Shown in pieces: positions 1-57,476 of a stretch of DNA of 64,000 nucleotides. This DNA comes from Podarcis erhardii (lineage: Eukaryota). Each line of letters begins with the position of its first letter. Position 1 is the stretch's first letter. The position numbers and the translations under genes were made by a program. The stretch is from the NCBI GenBank assembly GCA_964252035.1, contig OZ176204.1; one strand, given 5' to 3'. A model generated the notes under the pieces. That model ran no database searches and had not been told where the DNA came from. It saw only the letters and a program-made list of their open reading frames with translations.

Positions 1-161
1 TATTTGTGCCTCTCATTTTTTTTGCCCAAGTGCAATACTTTACATTTCTCCCTATTAAAATTCATCTTGTTTGTTTTGGCCCAGTTCTCTAATCTGTCAA
101 GGTCGTTTTGAAGTGTGATCCTGTCCTCTGGGGTGTTAGCCACTCCTCCCAGTTTGGTGTC
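1..161 (-). mobile_element. CR1-clade LINE ORF2 (RT) fragment
   Basis: Typical CR1 RT-region sequence (...gcaatactttacatttctccctattaaaattcatc...cccagtttggtgtcat) recognised by eye. Confidence 0.65.
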
Positions 162-437
162 ATGGGGGTGGGTGGACTCCCATGCCTCTTCACCAGCCTG
201 ACTCATCTCTGCCTCTTGACCTCCCTCATTGCACTTTCCTGCTTCAGCTTCTGCTTCTGATTCCGGACTTCTCTCTGCCACAGCCCTGTTACCTCTTCAG
301 TTTCAGACACCTCCTCCTTTCAGTCTTCTCTATGTTGTCTCACCATCATTCCCCTGGCTTTGAGCCTTCTTCCCCTGGGGGTTCCCCAACTGGTTCCTCC
401 CACCATTCCTCTGTGTCCAACCAGTCCATGACATGTA

Positions 438-698
438 CAGTGGTACCTCAGGTTAAGTATTTAATTCATTCCGGAGGTCCGTACCTAACCTGAAACTGTT
501 CTTAACCTGAAGCACCTCTTTAGCTAATAGGGCCTCCTGCTGCTGCCGCGCCACCGGAGCACGATTTCTGTTCTCATCCTGAAGCAAAGTTCTTAACCTG
601 AAGCAAAGTTCTTAACCCAAGGTAATATTTCTGGGTTAGTGGAGTCTGTAAGCTGAAGCGTATGTAACCTGAAGCGTATGTAACCCAAGGTACCACTA
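438..698. mobile_element. Tc1/mariner (Tigger-like) MITE, copy A
   Basis: TA|CAGTGGTACCTC...GGTACCACTA|TA; near-identical to 19956-20181; internal slippage duplications (tgaagcaaagttcttaacc x2, tgaagcgtatgtaacc x2). Confidence 0.85.
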
Positions 699-920
699 TA
701 CTGTACTAGCAGACGGATGAATTTTAATGTTGCACAACGGAGGATTCCACTGAAACATTTGTGCTCATTGTGCAACAGATTGCACAAATCTGGTGTGCAA
801 TGGTTACCAGAAACCTGCAATCTCTTACACAATTAAGGTTCTGCTGCTGTAAAGTGTTTTGCCAGTGAAACAAGATTACCACTGAATGTCTCTAATTTAG
901 CACTATATTAGATACAACTG

Positions 921-989
921 AGATTCCTGCATTGCAGGGAGTTGGACTTGATGGCCCTTGGGTTCCTTCCGACTCTAAGATTCTATGAA
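921..989 (+). mobile_element. 3' fragment of the same tRNA-Lys/CR1-tail SINE (further fragments about 1665-1745 and 14310-14385)
   Basis: agattcctgcattgcagggagttggac...gattctatga aligns to 60245-60315. Confidence 0.65.
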
Positions 990-3859
990 CTTTTAAAATT
1001 TAGAAAATAGTGCTTTCCCTTCTGTTCTGCTATCATTCCATTTCAGAATTATTTTACAAACTAAGTGTCTCTCATGTTTCTGTCATGTACGTTAGACAAG
1101 ACAGTACAGTCTAAAATTAAAGGATTCGCTGAGAAGAAAGAGGCCTTAGAAATGTGGATCGTTGATTGAAGGAACACACAGCAGCTGTTCAGAAAGCCCA
1201 CTGGCAATTAATAAAAGAACATGGACATATTATATAAAGCACCATTTCTCAATGTGTCCTCAAGGTCACCTCGATTCCAAAGCATTAGGGAAGAAAGGAA
1301 GTATTATGAGAAAGGCTGCACAGTAATTAAAACCTCAGAAAAGTTTGAACACAGGCAGCTTGTAAAATAAACAAATCTTTAATGAAAAAACAGCAGCACA
1401 ACAGAAAACTGTTTCTCTTACCTATGAGGCCCATTTTTCTGGCTGCTACTGAGCACTGCTATACAAGAAGTCACTTCCATTAAAAGATGGGCAGCACCAA
1501 GATTTCCAAATCCTCTTCTTCAAACTACATGGGTACTGACTGACCCTAATACTTTCAGCTGCAGGTGGTTCTTGACGGTCTAACCTGTGGGCCATGGGCT
1601 GCATATGCCCTAGATTTTTTTCAGGACTCCAGAATATTAAAAATAAATAAAGCAAAACATTTTGCTCCATGTTGGGCAAAAGATTCCTGCATTGCAGGAA
1701 GTTGGACTTAAGATGACCCTTGTTGTCCCTTCCAATTCTGTGATGGTTAAAAATGATGACTGCTGCAATTCTGTCATGTCAAGAGGTTTTTGTGACCCCC
1801 TCCAAATGTGTCCTCAAAAACAAAAAGGATGGCAACACCCACTTTAAACAATTAATCCATACTCATGTTGACATATGGACGCCAGGTGGTTGACCATGAT
1901 CAATGCAGCCCTTGGCTGGAAAAAGGTTTGCCACCCCTGGAGTAATCAAAAGTGGGTAGCCTAGGTGATTTTTATGGATTTGTCCACTTTGATGTTTGAA
2001 AGGTGGTACAATGTAAACTACTTAGGCTGCTGAATTATACCTTTAGAAGACAAAAAAAAAAAATACATCTATATGCAAAACCAGGATGAGAATCCTTCCC
2101 TCTGCATGAACAAAGGGTTGCTTTTCCTTAGCTTTTAACATTATCTTAAAATGACCCAGTTCTCGAAACAGGATCACACATTTAGGAACACCAACTCAAG
2201 AATCTGGGATTCTTTTGGGGAAAGACCCAAGGAAGGAGAGGTCACAAATTACTAGAACAGTAGCTTAGATAAGTGTTGACACTATTTTCATGGTTAATGC
2301 TAAGGGACACACAGACAAGGATTATGTATAGAAGCTTAGTTTCAAGTACTTATTCCACACTGTTCACATGTGTTTGACAAAAAGGGAATGAGGAAATACT
2401 AATTGCTGCCACAAACTCAAAGGGCAGAAGCAACAGCTATTTGTTCAGTAAAAATGGATGAATGATTGCAGATACAGAAGTATACCCATACAGGAATGTT
2501 TATTTCAGCATAAGAACCCTGCTATCTGATCAGACTAAAAGGTTGGTACAGCCCAACTCTAGTTTTCAAAAGTTGGAAATGAGCTATGTCTGGAAAACCT
2601 ACAAAAATGGCATCGTGGAAGTTAATTTCCACCCCGGCCAAGATGTATTAATGAAGTTGCATCACATGAAGTACGAATGATTTTCAGCTGTGGAAGTAGC
2701 ATGAATCATGCAGCTGTATTATACAGAAAGTGAGATACTGGACACAGTTCAGCTTTTGTATAGAGCCAGCTTTTTAAAAAAGTAACAAACCTCGGTTCCT
2801 ACCACTGCAGTTTCACAGATACGCTTTAAAGTGTACTGTCAAAGTCTGAAACTTCAAAACCAGTGGGATTGTCAAAATGCTTTCAGTTGGAAGGAGCAGA
2901 GTTTCCGACGTTGTATCCTTTGGCCATTATTAGCAGCAACCAAATTTAGCCATGCCAATATAAAGTATTTTGCATTCCACAGATTCGTCTTACAGAATCA
3001 GTTGTGCAAACTTAAGAAAAATGTTCTCACAGGTGTAGCCCTGCTAAATCAGACAAAAGGCCCAATTTTGTTCTCACAGTGGCCAACTGGTATCTGCTAT
3101 TGCTATTAAACCAGCAGGTCCCAGGGTAGGCTACAATTATTTAAAGTTCAGAAATAAAAAGTCAGATTAAGTCACAGGAATAGGGCTGCTCCTGAAAGTG
3201 CACATCTCAAGTGTCAAGAGGCCAGGGTGAAGAGATTTGTCTTCATCAGACCCAGAAACCTGTATAGTGAAGTTGCATCTGGCAACTTCAGGGAGGGAAT
3301 TCTACAAGTTGGAGGCTGCTACAGATAAAAGCCCTCTTCCAAGTTGCTGCCCCCAAAATCCTGAGAACAGTAGAACTACCAAGCCCTTCCCTTCCATAAT
3401 TATCATAATCATTATTGAATTTCTATACCACCCTTCATCCAAAGATCATGGGGCATTTTAAAATATAACATGAGATGTAGTGATAGGCACTACCAAACTC
3501 CATTCTGGGTGCAGATTCAAGACAGACAAAAATAAGTACTTCTCAACATACATGGACAGTTTCATTGGATGGCTTCCGGTTCTAGTATTATGTGGGAAGA
3601 TTCTGTCTTCTTTCAGTACTGTGTATAATTTTATGAATTTCTCTCCTATCTACCCTTATTTCCCTTTCCCCCTAAAACTATAGTCATCTCAAATGTTGCA
3701 GGCTATCTGCAAAAGGCAGCTGGTTCTGTACCTTTTGCCCAAGATACCCTTTGGAGGTACCATAACCAGAACTGTGCACAATATTTCAAGTGAAGTCACA
3801 CCAGACTTCTATAAAGGTATAATGGGCAGCTATTATTGGCCATTTTATTTTTGACCTCT

Positions 3860-4260
3860 CCCAATGTTCCAACATTGTGTTGTCACTTTTATTGAGCTAC
3901 CCATCACAACCCCAAAATCCCTTTCCTGCTCACTTAACTGCCAGCTCAGGTCCCATTTGAGTCTAAAAGTTAGGAATCTGCCACATTGTACATCACTTTA
4001 CACTTGCTTGCATTAAATTGAATTTGCCATTATACTGCCTCTTTGTCTAGTTTGGAAATATCCTTTTGGAGCTCTTCATCAGCTATTTTTGTTTTTCTAA
4101 ATAACTTGGTATTATCATCAAACATTGCTACTCCCTTCTCACCAGATCATTGATGAGCAAGTCACAGACCCAATAGAAAACATTAGAGGACACAACTTCT
4201 TACATTATTCCATTGTGAGAACTGCCCATTCACCGCTTCCTCTTCTTTAGCCCAAACTGT
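3860..4260 (-). mobile_element. Old CR1 ORF2 fragment
   Basis: catcactttacacttgcttgcattaaattgaatttgccat...tccttttggagctcttc...ctaaataacttggt is typical CR1 RT sequence. Confidence 0.6.
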
Positions 4261-5120
4261 GTGTTGCAACATGTTAGTGCATCAACTGCAGTGTCGTGCG
4301 AATGCTACCCACTCCTCCCAGGGTTGGAAAGGGGCTTGTTTAACCTCTGGTTCTCCAGTAAAACTGAATTACTGTGTCACGAAATGATGCCTGTCTAAAG
4401 AGTGTGTCACCAACATGAAGAGTTTGGAAAGCTTTGCTTTCATCAATTACCAATTCATAAATCTGCTTGATTTGCCTAGTAGATATTGCTAAATTCATTT
4501 TGCTTAGGCAGAATTTCAGTTATTTCTTTAGATTACACACAGCTTTGCACAAGAGAACGCTGAAGTAGGAGTCAAGGAATCCATATTCACTGAACTTCAG
4601 TAGTTGCTTTCAAGCACTACAGTTCATCAATTAGTCTAGTTTGAGATGAGTATTTTATTCCTGGTAACAGTGATAACCTACAGAAAATTGGTAATATAGC
4701 AACCCATAAAAGACTGTTTCTGTAGCATTACTGATCTCTTCAAAGCGGTTATTGTCAATCCTTTTATTAACTGCAGAGATATGTCATTCAGGACACCAAT
4801 CAGTGCCCCACATTATGCTCTGGGAAACCAGAGTTTGCAAGCATTTTCTACAAACATCCAGAATGCCAGAGTTAGGCTTCATCACGAGCCATTCCGTTAG
4901 ATACATGTGTTTGTTGCATTTAATACAATCTTTAGCTGCCACCAGCCCCATATCTAAGTGTACAGACATGCTTTTCTCAAATGGCAGCCCCCCAAGCCAC
5001 ATGGACTTTCAGGCACTGGATTGCTAGTATAAACTATTTAAATTTAAGAACTACAAGTCAATGAAAGCCAGGTTCTGTAGGGAGACAACATGGGTAAAAA
5101 AATATCAATACAGATGATAT

Positions 5121-5126
5121 TTTAAT
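5121..5126 (-). promoter_or_regulatory. Candidate distal poly(A) signal ATTAAA
   Basis: tttaat on + strand, followed on the sense strand by U/GU-rich sequence. Confidence 0.4.
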
Positions 5127-5901
5127 ACAAAATATTTTTACATAAGTCAGTCTTTTTAAAATATAGAACCTTAAAAAAAAGAACAAGTTGCTATCAACAC
5201 ACTATAAACACGAGTCTTTTGTGCCAAGTTTTGATAGCGTTATCAGAACAGTTTTTAAATACCAGTCCATACTTTTTAACACTGCCTTTCGGTTTCTATG
5301 AAATGCTAGCCATGTTCTGCATGACCAATTGTTATGTCCACTGTGACGCACTTCCATTCAGTTCTAATCTGACAGACTGCTCAGAGTCTTTGCACAAGGA
5401 TTTCACATTCAGCTTCCCATCACAGTTCAGTGGTGCACAGTATGGCCAGTCCCATTTAATTCAGTGAACATTAACTTAAAAGAGAATGTCAGTTACATGT
5501 ACTGAAGTACATTGTGTGGTTACAGGTTCTTCGTCTGAAAAGGAAACTTGCTGATGTTTCATAGATATTCTACCCTGATCATCCAACCAAATTAACAGCA
5601 CTCAAGTGTTTTATTTTGATTTCTCAAAGTTGAATAAAGTAATCTCTGTCAGATTATCATTTAAGAGATGAACTATACAGGATGTACATCTCGGGAATGT
5701 TTTGGAATAGTCTTGTTTTTGAACTCATATAAAAATAAAAGAATACCAGATCTTGCAAACTCTTGTTTTAATGGTAAATCATCCATGACAAGGTGGCTAG
5801 CTAGCCAAGGAGAATTAAGATGATTTACTTGCATTGGAATAATTTACACAATTGAACTTATGCATACAGTACAGAACTATGAACAAAAAGGTGAAGCAAA
5901 C

Positions 5902-5907
5902 TTTATT
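5902..5907 (-). promoter_or_regulatory. Candidate poly(A) signal AATAAA
   Basis: tttatt on + strand. Confidence 0.4.
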
Positions 5908-6733
5908 TATATTCAGGTAAAAACATTAACCTGATGAAGTAAATTATTGCAGATTTGAGAAATCAGCACAGAAAACAATTGGACAGAGCATTGCTTACAT
6001 GTGTTTTATCTGTGTCAAAAGAAATGCTGAACTGTTTTGATCCACACCAGTGCTGGGGGGCAAGGTGCTAGGGGAGGGCTTAGGGGACGGAAGAGGACGT
6101 ACAGGGGGGAAAAAACTTAAATCAAGGGGAAAGGATTGAACAGGGAAGGAAAATACTAATTCGACTTTATAAAAAACTTTACATCAATTCAAAATGCTCT
6201 GGCCACACCATAAATATTGGCCAGACCAATCAGTTGTTGAGTTTTTCAACTACACAAGAAAAATCAATTTCATCCTAGCCCACCAGTAAGAGGCTGTTGC
6301 CTAAATCACTGTGTGAATGGTTCTAGAGTATTTTCTGGTAAAGATTGTAGCCAATATATCCTACTACTACATTAAACTAAGCTATAAGAAAGATTCTACC
6401 TACTTACAAAGGCGGAATTATTGACAATATATTTAATAAAATTAAATTATTTCTTAATTTGAGAAAACATGGACCAGTAAATGCCCATGTCCAAAATGTA
6501 ACAATTGTTGCGAGTGGAGTACACAGAGAGCCATGTGGATTGCACATCAGACAATACATGAGGGAGGGAAATCAGGGGCAAGTGATGGTACACAGAACTA
6601 GTCTACTTAACTAGATGTGCCAATACATGTTTTTCAATTTCTGTACTTATGTACAAAGTTGTCTTTGGGAGGAAAAAACTGCAGACTTGGCTAGATGGAT
6701 ACACACAGCCCAGTATTAAACTGCACAGCAACA

Positions 6734-6739
6734 TTTATT
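6734..6739 (-). promoter_or_regulatory. Candidate proximal poly(A) signal AATAAA
   Basis: tttatt on + strand, about 310 nt after the stop; GT-rich sequence follows on the sense strand. Confidence 0.55.
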
Positions 6740-7045
6740 GTTCCAGCCTGAAAAAACATCCCTTTTTAAATTTCACACAGCAAAGCAAGTTAAACTTCAC
6801 TCATCGATAAATGATAATTTAAAACAAGAACTTGCTAAAGAAACCTTGTCACAACAACTTTAGGGCCTGATCACTTTTAAGTCCATGGGGCCTTTAATGA
6901 GTATCAACCTAGTGTCTTTGTTTATAATCTGCAAGCCGTTTTCTACAAGGAGGCGTTACGTTTCCTCGACTCAGATGATACATTTAGAAAAGAATCATGA
7001 TTCTCTTTTTGCTGTAACAGGCAGACATTGCATTTTTCATTGTGA

Positions 7046-52080
<45,035 letters not shown>

Positions 52081-52097
<17 letters not shown>

Positions 52098-52143
52098 TGG
52101 CACCTCTCTCCTGAAGGGACATACCCTTTCTAGACACTACCAT
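52081..52143 (-). other. Upstream ORF overlapping TRIP12 start codon (20 aa, [20 protein letters not shown])
   Basis: ATG 52143, second in-frame ATG 52122, stop TAG 52083-52081; out of frame with main ATG at 52097. Confidence 0.6.
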
Positions 52144-52146
52144 TCA
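52098..52146 (-). other. TRIP12: 5' UTR part (49 nt) of first coding exon
   Basis: Acceptor tttttgtctttcag| at 52148-52147; in-frame TAG upstream of the ATG rules out an N-terminal extension. Confidence 0.9.
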
Positions 52147-53234
52147 CTGAAAGACAAAAAAAGAGCCCCAATGAGAATATCTGGCCTCTGTTGCAATGTT
52201 TACATATTATGATAAAGGTTAATTAATCCTCACAATATTTTAGAGAAAAGAGAATTAAATACCAATGACCATTTCAAACAATGACCAAATATCACTTATT
52301 AATGTTTCTAAAGCATTGCTTGCTAGGATACTTTAGCAGATAGAAAGAGAAAGAGAACACAATCAGTGTTTTAAAAAAAAAAATAATCAACAGATTTAAA
52401 CCAAATCAGAAAGGTCTTATGTACACAATATCCCCTTGGCCATCACTAGGTTGCAGAAGCATAGTATTCTCTTTCCCAGAAAACCCCACAGCTTCAACCA
52501 CCATTGATGCCAACTAGAGTCATTACTAGACAGTTGGAACTAGCTTCAAATCCTGGCAAAAACCCTAGTTAGTGCCAAGAATAGTCAAAGTCAGTTTCAA
52601 TATAAGCCTTAATCAGTAATAGGCTGATTAATTCATGCAGAAAAATGAGAGTTGTTGAGTAATCCCTCATAGTTAAGGGAATGGGAGAACTGTGAGAGCA
52701 TCCCATATATGAGTTCTTACATGTGCTGCTCTCCAATGCACAAACATCACTACTTTTAATTTTGTGACACTTCCTTCAACAAGATTACTCAACAAATGCT
52801 TGTATAAACGAGCACAGATTGCTCAGACTGTAATACTAGTTTATTGGTTTATTAAATTTCTATACCACCTTCATCCCAAAATCACAGGGCGGTTTACATT
52901 ATAAAAACTGAGAAATACATAACATAGAAGCAAACAAAAACAATACCACTAGCCACCGCCCCCCCCCCCCGAATTTAAAAGGCCATAGATGAATATGCCA
53001 CTCTTAGCCAGGGAGAAGCTCGAAGATGGCTAATCTGCAAGGAAGGAAGACCTTACCAAAGGCATGATTTCAGCATACACTGTCAATAAATAGCATTTAA
53101 AATTGTCCAATGTTTAACGATAAATAATGACTTTGGGAATGTTACAGCAACTACATTGTGGCACTGCATTTTAAGGGTTTATGAAGAGCAAAAATGCATA
53201 CGATGGCTGTGAGGCTTGAAAACATATTACTTTG

Positions 53235-53589
53235 ATGGACAGATTGACGGGGAAAATTAGATATTTAAAAGACCAAAGGTTCATTGAGGACTGGGGGAAA
53301 TTTGTGGAATATCTGGAAAATATAAGTGAAGGTCAGATAACGCTAGTCGGGTTTAAAAAAGCTCTGTGAAAAGGTTGGAATATTGTCTAAAGAGAAAAAG
53401 AAGGAAAGAGAAAATAATGTCAATATAAGCTAGGATTTGTGTGAATTTGTTAAATTAGGGTATGGATGATTTCAGGGGAAGCTGAAGGAAGTCTTATAGA
53501 AAGAAATCTGTGACAACAAGGTGTAAACTGTTTTATTTTCTTGTTTGTTATGATTTAAAAACAATAAAAATTATGCGAGAAAAAAAAAA
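53235..53589 (+). mobile_element. 5'-truncated L1-clade LINE 3' end
   Basis: ORF tail MDRLTGKIRYLKDQRFIEDWGKFVEYLE...KKAL* (53235-53369), AATAAA 53563-53568, A-tail, perfect 17-bp TSD GAAAACATATTACTTTG (53218-53234 / 53590-53606). Confidence 0.8.
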
Positions 53590-54524
53590 GAAAACATATT
53601 ACTTTGCTAATGACCTCAGAAGTAAAGCTCCACACTGCGATGCCAATGTCCTTGGTGATAAAAATCTAACGTTTGCACCATTTCCAAGTACAGCAGCTAG
53701 TGCCAGAAGTGTGTTGACCATGACATTTTATACTTAAACCATTCACAGTATTTCACCCTCCACCCTCCACTTAGCATGGAAACAATTATCTAAAAAACAG
53801 GTAGGAAAATACCTTTTGCTTATGCTGCAGTCATTTACACACTCAGAAGTAGCCCCAATTGAACTCAGTGGAAATCACTTCCAGGTAAGCAATCTTGTTG
53901 AAAACATACCTTCCATCAGCCCCAGCTGACATGGCCAATTGCCAGGAATGGCCTTTTTTGTAATCCAACATTTGGAGGGCCACAGATTTCCCACCCCTGA
54001 AGTACAAGATCATAGTGCTTTACAATAAACACAGAAGCACAGAGACAGAGACAGAGCAGAGGATCCTGCCAGCTTGGTTTCAATAGTACAGGAGGGCAGA
54101 TGAATAAGATGAATGGGGGCAAATGCTATTCTACATATACAGGCTTTGTTTCAGTTGCTAATGAGAGGCGAGTGTTAAATGTGTGGTGGTTTTTGAAAGA
54201 CAAGGTACTGTATTGCCAAAAGTTCTGGGAGAAAAGACAAAATTATCGATTCAGTGTTGCAAGCCCAAGTCTGTGAATTCACTCCCAACTGAGATTACAG
54301 GCATCATCCTTGCTGAACAGGCTCATGACAAGGTCTTCCTTATTCCAGTACACATTTTATGGTAGTGCATGGGCTTATGCTTAGTTTTATATAAAATCAT
54401 GCTTTATTTACTGATTTCAAAAATATTTGTACTTATAAAAGCACAAACTTTCACACACAACACAGTAAAGTGAAATATGGCTTACTGGGAACATGCAAAT
54501 GTGTGGGCTCTCAGAAAAAGGCTT

Positions 54525-54773
54525 AAGCCAGCATGGTTGTGTAGTGGTTAAGAGTGGTGGACTTGTAATCTGGTGAACCAGGTTCGCTTCCCCGCTCCTC
54601 CACATGCAGCTGCTGGGTGACCTTGGGCTAGTCACACTTCTCTGAAGTCTCTCAGCCTCACTCACCTCAGAGTGTGTTTGTTGTGGGGGAGGAAGGGAAA
54701 GGAGATTGTTAGCCGCTTTGAGACTCCTTAAAGGGGAGTGAAAGGCGGATATCAAGCCAAAACTCTTCTTCTT
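54525..54773 (+). mobile_element. tRNA-derived SINE (Squam3-like)
   Basis: A-box tgtgtagtggttaag, B-box-like ggttcgcttcc, body cagctgctgggtgaccttgggctagtcac, (CTT)n tail. Confidence 0.75.
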
Positions 54774-54789
54774 AAGAGCACTTTGATCC

Positions 54790-55025
54790 TTACTCATCCT
54801 TTTTGCTCTGGTAGCAAGCTGAGCTAAGCCAACGCTTGACTTAGCATATCATCCCAAGTCAGGCTCCTGATTAAGGTATTGCCTCACTAACCACAAGCTG
54901 TAGCCAAAAGCAAGCCTTGGCATCCAACTGTGGTTAGTGAAAAGAGACCTTAATTGCAAGTGTGATTTTAGACAACATGTTAAGCCAAACTTAACTGATG
55001 AGCCATAGCTTGGCCTATCATGCTA
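54790..55025. repeat. Degenerate palindromic DNA-element family rich in aaaccatggtt/ctaagcc motifs (related about 18760-19050, 26350-26600, 44030-44195, 58325-58520, 62510-62620)
   Basis: Recurrent ctaagcca/tggcttag and aaccac/gtggtt inverted motifs; class (possibly PIF/Harbinger) is a guess. Confidence 0.35.
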
Positions 55026-55316
55026 TGCAAGCGATACCAATATATTGGTTTGTACTATGGAATACCACGAGTCTCACTTAAGCCTTTATTGCGGTTTCAT
55101 GTAATTTCACCTTTCAGTTCACAACTACAAGGTTAGCTTTGATTTAATCATATATTCCTCTAAACTCACCTTTTAGTATTTTTCTAATGTTTAGTAATTG
55201 CCAGTTTTGCTGATGAATCAGATTGTGCCATTTCTTTACAGTCAGTTATATACAGACTCTGTGCAATGACAAAACTATTTCAGCTCGGAAGTTTAAAGAA
55301 TAGGGAGGAAGCTGTA

Positions 55317-55318
<2 letters not shown>

Positions 55319-55347
<29 letters not shown>

Positions 55348-55377
55348 GTAAGTAAGTAAGTAAGTAAGTAAAGTAAG
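55319..55377. repeat. Compound (TG)n(GTAA)n microsatellite
   Basis: Direct reading of sequence. Confidence 0.9.
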
Positions 55378-57129
55378 AGACCTCGTGGCTAGGTGTTACA
55401 ACTAATCAATATTTAGCATCATTATTACAAATATAGTAGCATTCTGGGCTGAAACAGCTGTTATACCAGTATTAGTCCTCAGTAACAGATTTACGTATTG
55501 TGAGATAGAACAGCAAATTATAGGGTATAACAAGTTTGAACAGAAGTTAGTGCCTTATCTTAAGAATGTTCTGTCCAAAACACTCCAACAGTTATCTGAA
55601 TGATTTGTGCTTATTTATCCTCTCTTGCAGGAGCAAGTTGCCATCTGAACAAGATTCTTCTTCCTTTCTTCCAGTTTCTTTCAAGTTTCCTCAGTTCTAC
55701 CCTATTGTGAATACACCATAGCCATGTCCGTTTGGTCACATTTTATTAAGTGTTGCAGTAATGTAGTTCAAGTATTTAACATGCACACAAAAGGTTCTGT
55801 TTCATTTGTTCATAAGCTTGCCAAAATGTTATAAAACATGTATGGCTTTGGGGTGGTTTGACACAGAAGCTTCATTGTACTAAATAGGTTCTGCTTAAGC
55901 CTTCTTTTGTAGAGCTTTTAATATTTTTGGATAGGACAGGACTAGAGGATCCATCAGTCACCTAGCATGAATGTTAAAGGCATTAAAATGTGTACAAATC
56001 CATTCGCAATTGCCCCAATTTTTCAGTATAATGGCAAGAGAACCAACCAAAAATTAATTTTTAAAATTAATAATTAAATGTGGTATACCTAAATCCAGAT
56101 TTGTCTGTTCAGTTGAACGGACACATGAAATCTATGCAACTGACCTTACTCTTCCACATTACAAGTACCCAACTGGCAAGCAATACCACCCACACAGAAG
56201 GACGGAGTTGGGTGGGACCTTAGAAGTCATCTAGTCCAACCCCCTACACAATATTTTCAGTTGCATGAACTCCATGTTTCTGTTCCAGTGACCAAATGAA
56301 TTTGGGGTTTTGCTCCACTTCTCCATCACCGACATACATGCTGCTCCAAGTTAGCGATGAAGCTTGAACCAAACACAATATAGCACATCACAATACACCA
56401 TACACATATTGCCTAAATAAAATTTCCTAGCATTTTTGGAGTTTCCGTGAACATGGAAAGCCCTTAACAAAACATGTTAAACTCACAGTGGAGGTTTTTT
56501 TTGTTAATTTATACTTGCTTTATAATCTTAATTTTCTAAAAAGGTCTGAACCATTCTTAAAAAGAGAACCATGTTTAGGCCACAAGCTATTTAATTATAA
56601 TGTGAGCACCTATTATTGTCTTAGCTAGGTAAACTGACTTCAGTTTTAAGAGATACTGCCAGTCCTGCAAAATCGCTATCTGAAGCTCAAGCTAGATTTC
56701 TGCTCTTATATCCTTACTGGATTTAACTACATTGTTTACCTGTTTAATTTATTGTGTTTGCATGGTTTGTGCATATGCAACTCATTAGTTATACAATGCT
56801 AGTTTGAATGTTTTTTGTCAGTGCCAAGGGCAGAGTCATCTTTTAGTCCCCTGCAGTACAGAAGCCTTTTGCAAACACTACTATTTATTTAATGTCTCTA
56901 TGGAATAACAGCCAGAAACTTGATTTTTAGAAGAATCTGAAATGCTAGTTACTAGATTCTGAAACTGTTACTAGATTCCATGCACACTGCAACAAAAAAA
57001 TGTAGATGAGTACATATCTTAACATAAGGAAAGGAGGAATTTTCTTTTTTCATAGCTCTGGCTACCAACACTTTCTTAATGATTTATGTCCCTTCAAAAC
57101 TTAACAATTAGTTCATAACCTGGGAATTC

Positions 57130-57476
57130 TATCCCTGGGTAGACTTGCCTAAACAAAAACATTTCTATTTTTTATTTTTTTATTTTGCTTAAAAATGTAT
57201 ACAGGAAATGCAGTGTAAGCAATGGAAGTCAATCAATGAAATTTTATTAATATTTTCATATTGAGATATTTGTAGAATAAATTTGGAAGAAATTCTTCCA
57301 ACTTTTCTCCTTTTTTCTTTCTATTTCTTCTTTTTCCTTTTCTTCTTTTTTTCTCTTTCACTCTTTTTTTATGTATGTGTGCTTATCTGATATATATATG
57401 TATTTGCAATATTTTGCTTATATTTTCTAATAATTATGTTAAATTAATAAATTTTTAAATTAAAAAAAATGTTTCT
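57130..57476 (+). mobile_element. Probable older L1-like 3' end
   Basis: 15-bp direct repeats ATAACCTGGGAATTC (57115-57129 / 57477-57491) flank a T-rich segment ending AATAAA plus A-run. Confidence 0.45.

Larger units (their letters stand above)
5100..7045 (-). other. TRIP12: TRIP12 3' UTR (distal end uncertain; may extend to about 4650)
   Basis: Repeat-free AT-rich sequence after the stop, with several sense-strand poly(A) hexamers; end not determinable without RNA data. Confidence 0.65.
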
